A stretch of 52,781 nucleotides of DNA, filler included, from Jimgerdemannia flammicorona (Eukaryota), in the NCBI GenBank assembly GCA_003990765.1. It is 2 parts of 2 records of this genome, joined end to end, with 100 filler letters (N's around TTAATTAATTAA, not from the genome) between each part and the next. Parts side by side here need not be neighbours in the genome. Positions count along the whole stretch, not along the records: positions 26,445 to 52,781 come from RBNJ01000735.1; 1 more part is not named here. One strand, 5' to 3'. Shown here piece by piece: positions 46,980 to 52,781 of the stretch; positions within the stretch are counted from its first letter, which is position 1, and each line of letters begins with the position of its first letter. The notes beneath the pieces are model-generated. The model was not told where the DNA came from. It made no database searches and saw only the letters and a list, made by a program, of their open reading frames with translations. The translations under genes were made by a program, and so were the position numbers.

Positions 46980-49900
46980 GGACTTCTTTTGCTTGAACCA
47001 CACAGAGCAAGCTAAGCCACACAAACACCTTTTGGCGAAAGACAACATGTTTACAAAGTTTTTATTTCAAACAAACTGGTGTACATCATGTGGCAGGAGT
47101 CTATCTACAATGCACAATAAGTTTCAGAGAAAACTGTCAAGTTTGGGCAACATGGCTAGTCAAGGTTCCGGACTTCTTTTGCTCAAACCATTCAGAGTGA
47201 GCTAAGCCACACAGACATCTTTTCGCAACAAGCAACACATTTTCAAGTTTTCCTGTCATCTATACTGGTGTACAAGTTGCAGCAGAAGTCTAGCTACAGT
47301 ACACAACAAGTCTCATCTGTATCAGTGGAGTTTTCGTCAGATGGTGACCCAAGGTTCATCAAGCTCTGAGTATTTGGAGAGAAGGAGGCCTGGTCTGGGT
47401 CTCCCCAAGAGTTTCGCGGCAACAGTTGGAGCAGGGGTAGGGGCAGGAGGAGTAGGTGGTCAGGGGAGGCAGACTGGCATTGAGAGTTGGCACATGGTGA
47501 TGGGGGGCAGTAGGGCAGCTACTAGACCCATGGGGGCAGGGCAGGGGGGGCGTAGTGTTGACAGGGGTAGGAGTCAGGTGACTGGCCAGGTGATAGGTCA
47601 GGTGACTGGTCAGGTGCCTGCTAGGGGCCAGGGGTCTGGAAGTGGTGTAGCTGGGACTGGTATTCCTGGGGCTGGGCCGGTGGCTGGGGTGACTGCTGGA
47701 GTGTCGGAGAACAAGAAGAAGGTGACGATGGCAGCTGGCTCTGGTGAACTGGTGGTGTGTCCCTTCTTCCACAAGTCAGTGTCGATGTGGGCCATATCAG
47801 CGAATTTTTTGGGGCTGGGGATGTCTGCTAGGGAGGTCTTGCGGCTAGTGGGAGAGGAGATAGCAGGGGCAGAGTCACTGAAGTTCATCCCATCAGCTAA
47901 GGTGGTTGAGATAGGATTTGTCGAGGAGGAGGAGATGGTGAAGGCCTTGGAGAAAGGGCTGGTTGTCAAGAGTATCAAGGTCAGCATGGCAAGGTGCCGG
48001 AGGTGGGACCTGTGGGCAGTGTGACTAGTGATTGAAGGGCTGCCGACATTGGGGAGACAGGAGACCAAAGGAATGGTGGCAGAGGTACTGGGGGCATTTG
48101 GCAAGATAGTTGACTTCGGGTTCATGTTCTGGGAGGGGACCAAGTTGAGGAATGGTAACTGCGAGGTAATGGTGAGGCTGGAAGGCAAGGAGGCCATGGG
48201 GCAAGAGAGGGACTGACTAGAAGCAGTTCATATCAGAGGGCAGGAGTGCAAAGTGTGGAGAAGGAAGGGTTCTGAACAGGAGGAGGAGGAATTGCTCATT
48301 GCCCTAGAGGAGAGAGAGGCAGTGAAGAAATTGCGGAAGAGGAAATGGGAGGAGTTTGCCAAGGACTGGATCTGGATTCCGACTGATGGGAAGAGGAAGA
48401 GGTGGCGAAGAGCAAACTGGGAGTGCCTGCAGACAGTCCTCCAGGGCTCAAAAAGAGAGGAGGAGGAAAAAACAGAGATGGCCAAAAGTCAGATGGAAGA
48501 GGTGGAGATGGCTGAGGTGTCCTTTTCACAACTAGGGGGTGTGGAGAATTCCACTCATGCACCAGTAACAGGGAAGTGGGCTGATAAGGAGGAGGCAAAC
48601 ACTGGGGGCTTTGAGGAGGTTGTCGAGGTGGTACCAGAGACCCAGTTGGAGGATGTTCACATGGCGGGAGCGGCAAATGTGCATTGGGAATGTCCAGAGG
48701 CAGGCGAAGTGGTTTGGCTGGAGAAGGGCACTGAGGAGGACAATCTGGTGGATGTGGCTTCTGATGTATTGGTAGATAGAGAGATGCTGCAGGAGCTGAG
48801 TAGGACTCTGAGGCCAGCCACCCCTGGGCCCATGGTGATGATGGCAGATGACTGGTATCAGGCAGTGCTCGAGGAACTTGTGGAGGAGGATATCAAGGAA
48901 GTGGATGTGTTTAATGGATCGCAGGAGGCCTGGGAAGGGTTTCTCAATGTGGCATTGCAGGGGCCGAAGTTGGTGATGGTGATGGTGGCGGTGCTTCTGG
49001 ATGATGAAGGATATGAGGTTGATGAGGACCGTATGGCTGACATCAGGAAGGTGGCATCAGAGTGAGTGGTGGTCTTCTGCAGTAGTGTGAATAGAGCTCG
49101 TATCTGGAGGGCTATCTGCGAGGAATGGAAGGCTATTATTTGTGGTAGGGCTGAGAAGGTGGTGGCGAATCCGGTGGAAATTTAAACATTTATATTCATG
49201 ATGATGAACAGTCTATGTATATTATCACTAAATGTCAATGGTTTGTGTGATGGAGTGAAGCGAAGGCATTTGTTTCGGTGGCTAAAGAACAGGAGATATG
49301 ACTTGATATTTCTGCAGGATGTTCAGGCCTATGGGAAGCAAGATTATGAGAAGTGGAGCAAGGAATGGTATGGTAGTACAGGGTGGAATGAGCAGGTGGG
49401 CATCCTGGTTGGCTTGGGGAGAGGAGAGCTGAAGGAGGTCGAGGTGTATGGTTATTGATTGGTCTGGGGGAGACTGAAAGGAGGAGTGGGCAATGGGCTT
49501 GTAGTTGGCTCAGTGTATCTGCCAGCGGTTGGCAGAGAGCGAAACTGATGGATGGAAGGTTGGCTGGATTGGGAAGGCTGAGAGGAGATTGGGCTGGACA
49601 TTTTGGGAGGGGACTTCAACATGGTTCATGACAGGACACTAGATAGGTCTGATGGTGGAGTCAGCATGGTGGTTTCTACAGGGCTCTCACGATGGCTTCA
49701 AGTTGAGAAGGAAATGGGATTGGTTGATGGAGTACGACAACGTCAAGGTGAGAAGTCAGGGCCATTTACTAGGTGGCATCCAGTCAGTGAGGATTTGGTT
49801 GGCACGAGGATTGACTGGATTCTGGTGGCAGAATGCTGGGGTAATGTTTTGGATTCAACAGAGGTACGGTGGTGTCCCTGGTCAGATCACTGGGGTGTAG

Positions 49901-52781
49901 AGGTGTGTGGGAGATTCCAGGCAGCCAGTGGTGGTGGAGGCAGATGGCGACTTAATGTGGCACTACTCAAGAGACAGGTGGAGTGGGATCAGTTTGTTAA
50001 AATCGCAAGATAGGAAGTGGCGCGGTGGAAGAACAGTGGCCAGTTGATAGCACAGTGGTGGGGGAAATTTAAACATCTGGCAGGTGCATATTGGCATAAT
50101 GTAGGAGAGGTAGCCGGAAGGGAGCAGAAGGATAGAGAGAGGAGAGTAGAGCAGGGGCTGCACTGGCAGCTGAGGCTGTTAGAGGGAGAGAACTCCTCAG
50201 GGGAACAATGCTCCCTGTTGATCAAGGAGGTGGCGGAGCTGCGGTCAGATTTGAAGGCTGCAGAAGATAGGGTGGTGGATGGATTGCTGGCAAGATTGCA
50301 AGCAAAACAGTTGGAAGAAGGAGAGCAACCCACCAAATACTTGTCTGGAATCTTGAAGGCCAGGAGGGTGTGGCACAGCTGGGCTTCGGTGTTGTGAGAG
50401 GATGGAACTGAGGTGACTGATATCACAGATATGCTTGGGGAGATTTCTGGTCGATGGTGCACCCTATGGCAGGATGATGGAGGGCTGGTGGAGGGAGAGG
50501 CAGCACTGGAGGACAATAACAATTTGGTTGGCAGCTGGCCAGTGGTGGCAGAGCTGGCAATTGGTGGGGCAGTAATGGGCAGGATGTCCCTTGAAGAAGT
50601 GTTAGAGGTTCTGAGGAAAGTGCAGACGGGTTCATTGCCAGGGGAGGATGGACTGCCTTGGGAGTTCTGGAAGGAGTTTAAAACTGAGCTTGGGGCATGG
50701 CTCATGGAAATGGCGAACTTTACGCTGGGGGAAGGCTGCTGGATTGGCAATGGCTCCTTAGGGCTGGTCTCTCTGCTTTATAAGGAGAAAGGGGACAGAT
50801 GGGTGTGGCGGAACTAGAGACCCATCATGTTACTCAATGTGGATAGGAAGTTGGTCTCCAAGATTCTGGCACGGAGAATGCAACAATGGATTGGCTGATT
50901 GGTGGGTGATGAACAGCGAGGGTTTGTGAAGGGGAGACAGATTAGAGACAGTACAGCCTGGGTGCAAAATGTTTTGGAAGGTTGTTGAAGCCAGCGAGTA
51001 GATGGAAGAATGGTGTTCTTGGACCAGAAAAAGACTTACAACAGGGTGCGGTGGAACTACTTGGAGGTGGTTCTATAGAAGACTGGGTTTGGCATGGGGG
51101 AGGCTCAAAAGCTGATGGGTCTGGTGCGAGGTTGCCGGGCTGCAGTGTTGATGAATGGGTGGAGTGGCCTGGAGTTCCTCTTAGGGTGAGGTGTGCCGCA
51201 GGGGGATCCTCTCTCACCCCTGCTTTACATTTTATCTTTGGAGCCCTTGTTGGCATGGTTGAAGGGGAGGCTTACTGGATTGAAGATGGGGGATGTGGTC
51301 TGGAAGTTGGGGGCCTTTGCGGACAATATGGTAGTAGGGTTAGGCAGTGTGGAAGATGTGGCAAGCTTGCAGGAAAGGGTAGGACAGTATGAGATGCTGG
51401 CAGGAGCGAAGCTGAACTGGGGCAAGTGCGAGACTATGGAGCTTGGAGCTGGATTGGGGGAGCATGGACATTTTGGACAATTGGTTAGTCCTGGAGAAGC
51501 AGTTTGATATCTGGGTATCTGGTTCTCAGTTTATGGGACAGTGCTGCCGAAAGAGTGGTGGTGTGGATTGATACAGAAGTGGGAGAATGCCTTGGTGGGC
51601 TGGTCTGGGAGGGGCTTCTCCTTGGTTGGGAGGATTGTAGTTTTGAATGTATATTGGTTACCGAAGCTGTGGTACTTGGGGTACCACCTGGACTTTCCAG
51701 GATGAGTGGTACAGAAACTGAAGAAGGTGGTCGAAGGATGGCTGTGGCAGGAAAGGAGATCACAGATTAGTTGGAAGATTATGGTGACGCCGAAGGCAGA
51801 TGGAGGTCTGGGGCTGGTGGACTTCAGAAGGTGGCTGAAGGTACTTCGAGGCTGGTGGGGTTGTCGAATGGCAGAATTAGGAGGGGAGGATTGGAGCAAA
51901 CTGGCTATGGACAACTAGGAAGTTAGGTTCTGCCTCCAGAGTAAGGTTCGGAAGGACATGCGAGGTTTGCTCCAGGTTGGAAGAGTTGGCAGGTTGCGTT
52001 ATAGGGGATTCTGGTGGGGTATTGTAGAAGCTTGGCTAGCTATGGGCCTCACAGGCTCAGAACCTGGCGAAGAAGAGGAGGACCCAGAATGGTGATGGTT
52101 GCAATTTGGTGTAATTCGTATTGGTGGCTGCCCATTAGTGGAATACTCTTTGTCTGGGGCGATGGAGTGGATCCAGATGGGTCCACTTGAGAGGTGGCCA
52201 ATTGGTTGGCAGAAGGCTGGGTTTGGAGAAGAATGGGAGTGGGGTCAGGTTTGGGGTTGGGGGACCTCGCTACTCAAGATTGCCCCACCCAAGTTCTGGG
52301 TGGTATGGTGGCGATTTCTGTGAAAGAACGTCATGCTGGGGTACAGGATGGGGTAGATGGTGGAAGAAGGTGTAAGGGAATGTGAGTGGTGTTGCGAGCT
52401 AGATGGGGGAGTAGTGCAGACTCCGGAGCATGTTCTGGTAGCTTGTCCAGGGGTTGAAGGATTTTGGCAGATATTGGAAGATTATTGGGGGGAAGAGAGT
52501 GAGCAGGCAGAGGGCCCCACTTGTTGGGTGATCAAGCATCGACTGGTGGGAGAAATTGGGGACATCTGGGGAGGCCTGGGTCGGATTATCGGCATCTGGG
52601 TGCTGATGGCGGTGCATTGGCGATGGGTGTTCAAGAGGGATCCCTGGATGGGAATTGGAGAATTGGTGGAGCAGTGGAAGGGGTTACTCTTGGAAGTGGT
52701 GCAAGGGTGGTGGTATCAGGGGAAGAGGCACCAGTTGGGGGCCATGAAGAAGGTGTTAGACATTGTTCAGAGAAGTCGGGA
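46980..52781 (+). mobile_element. Family-B LINE with doubled 5' end, running off the window end
   Basis: ORF1 spans ~47341-49185. ORF2 starts at 49198 (SLNVNGL, FLQD, GGDFN, WSDH, PGEDGLP, PQGDPLSP, FADN, CEWC..EHVLVAC) and has scattered stops. Confidence 0.93.

Noticed and set aside
1..52781. Prokaryotic RT systems (retron, DGR, group II intron), rRNA or tRNA genes
   Set aside because: The RTs are clearly APE-LINE or Ty3/gypsy type with poly(A)/TSD or LTRs, and no structured RNA gene was recognised by eye.

Overview
Eukaryotic, repeat-saturated DNA, probably from an early-diverging fungus. This is inferred from short GT-AG introns with CTAAC branch sites, a Crinkler-like REase gene, L1-clade LINEs and a SWIM-MULE. 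About 90% is nested transposons. There are two families of L1-like non-LTR retrotransposons (9 copies or fragments plus one small relic) and a complete Ty3/gypsy chromovirus at 35170-44268 that carries a dUTPase. Also present are a degraded older gypsy, two tail-to-tail MULE relics forming a large quasi-palindrome, two foldback hAT-type MITEs and a 2.3-kb TG...CA element that looks like a solo LTR. The only clear host-type gene is a broken, spliced CRN/REase-like gene at 22.9-25.4 kb. A 100-bp assembly gap with a linker lies at 26345-26444. Most notable: an unrecognised accessory protein family occurs in two different LTR elements. It is an intact 366-codon ORF inside the 2.3-kb solo-LTR-like element, and a 277-codon homologue with its own TATA box sits between pol and the 3' LTR of the dUTPase chromovirus. 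Repeats show graded C>T/G>A hypermutation reminiscent of RIP. All alignments and translations outside the ORF track were done by eye, so coordinates of degenerate features are approximate.
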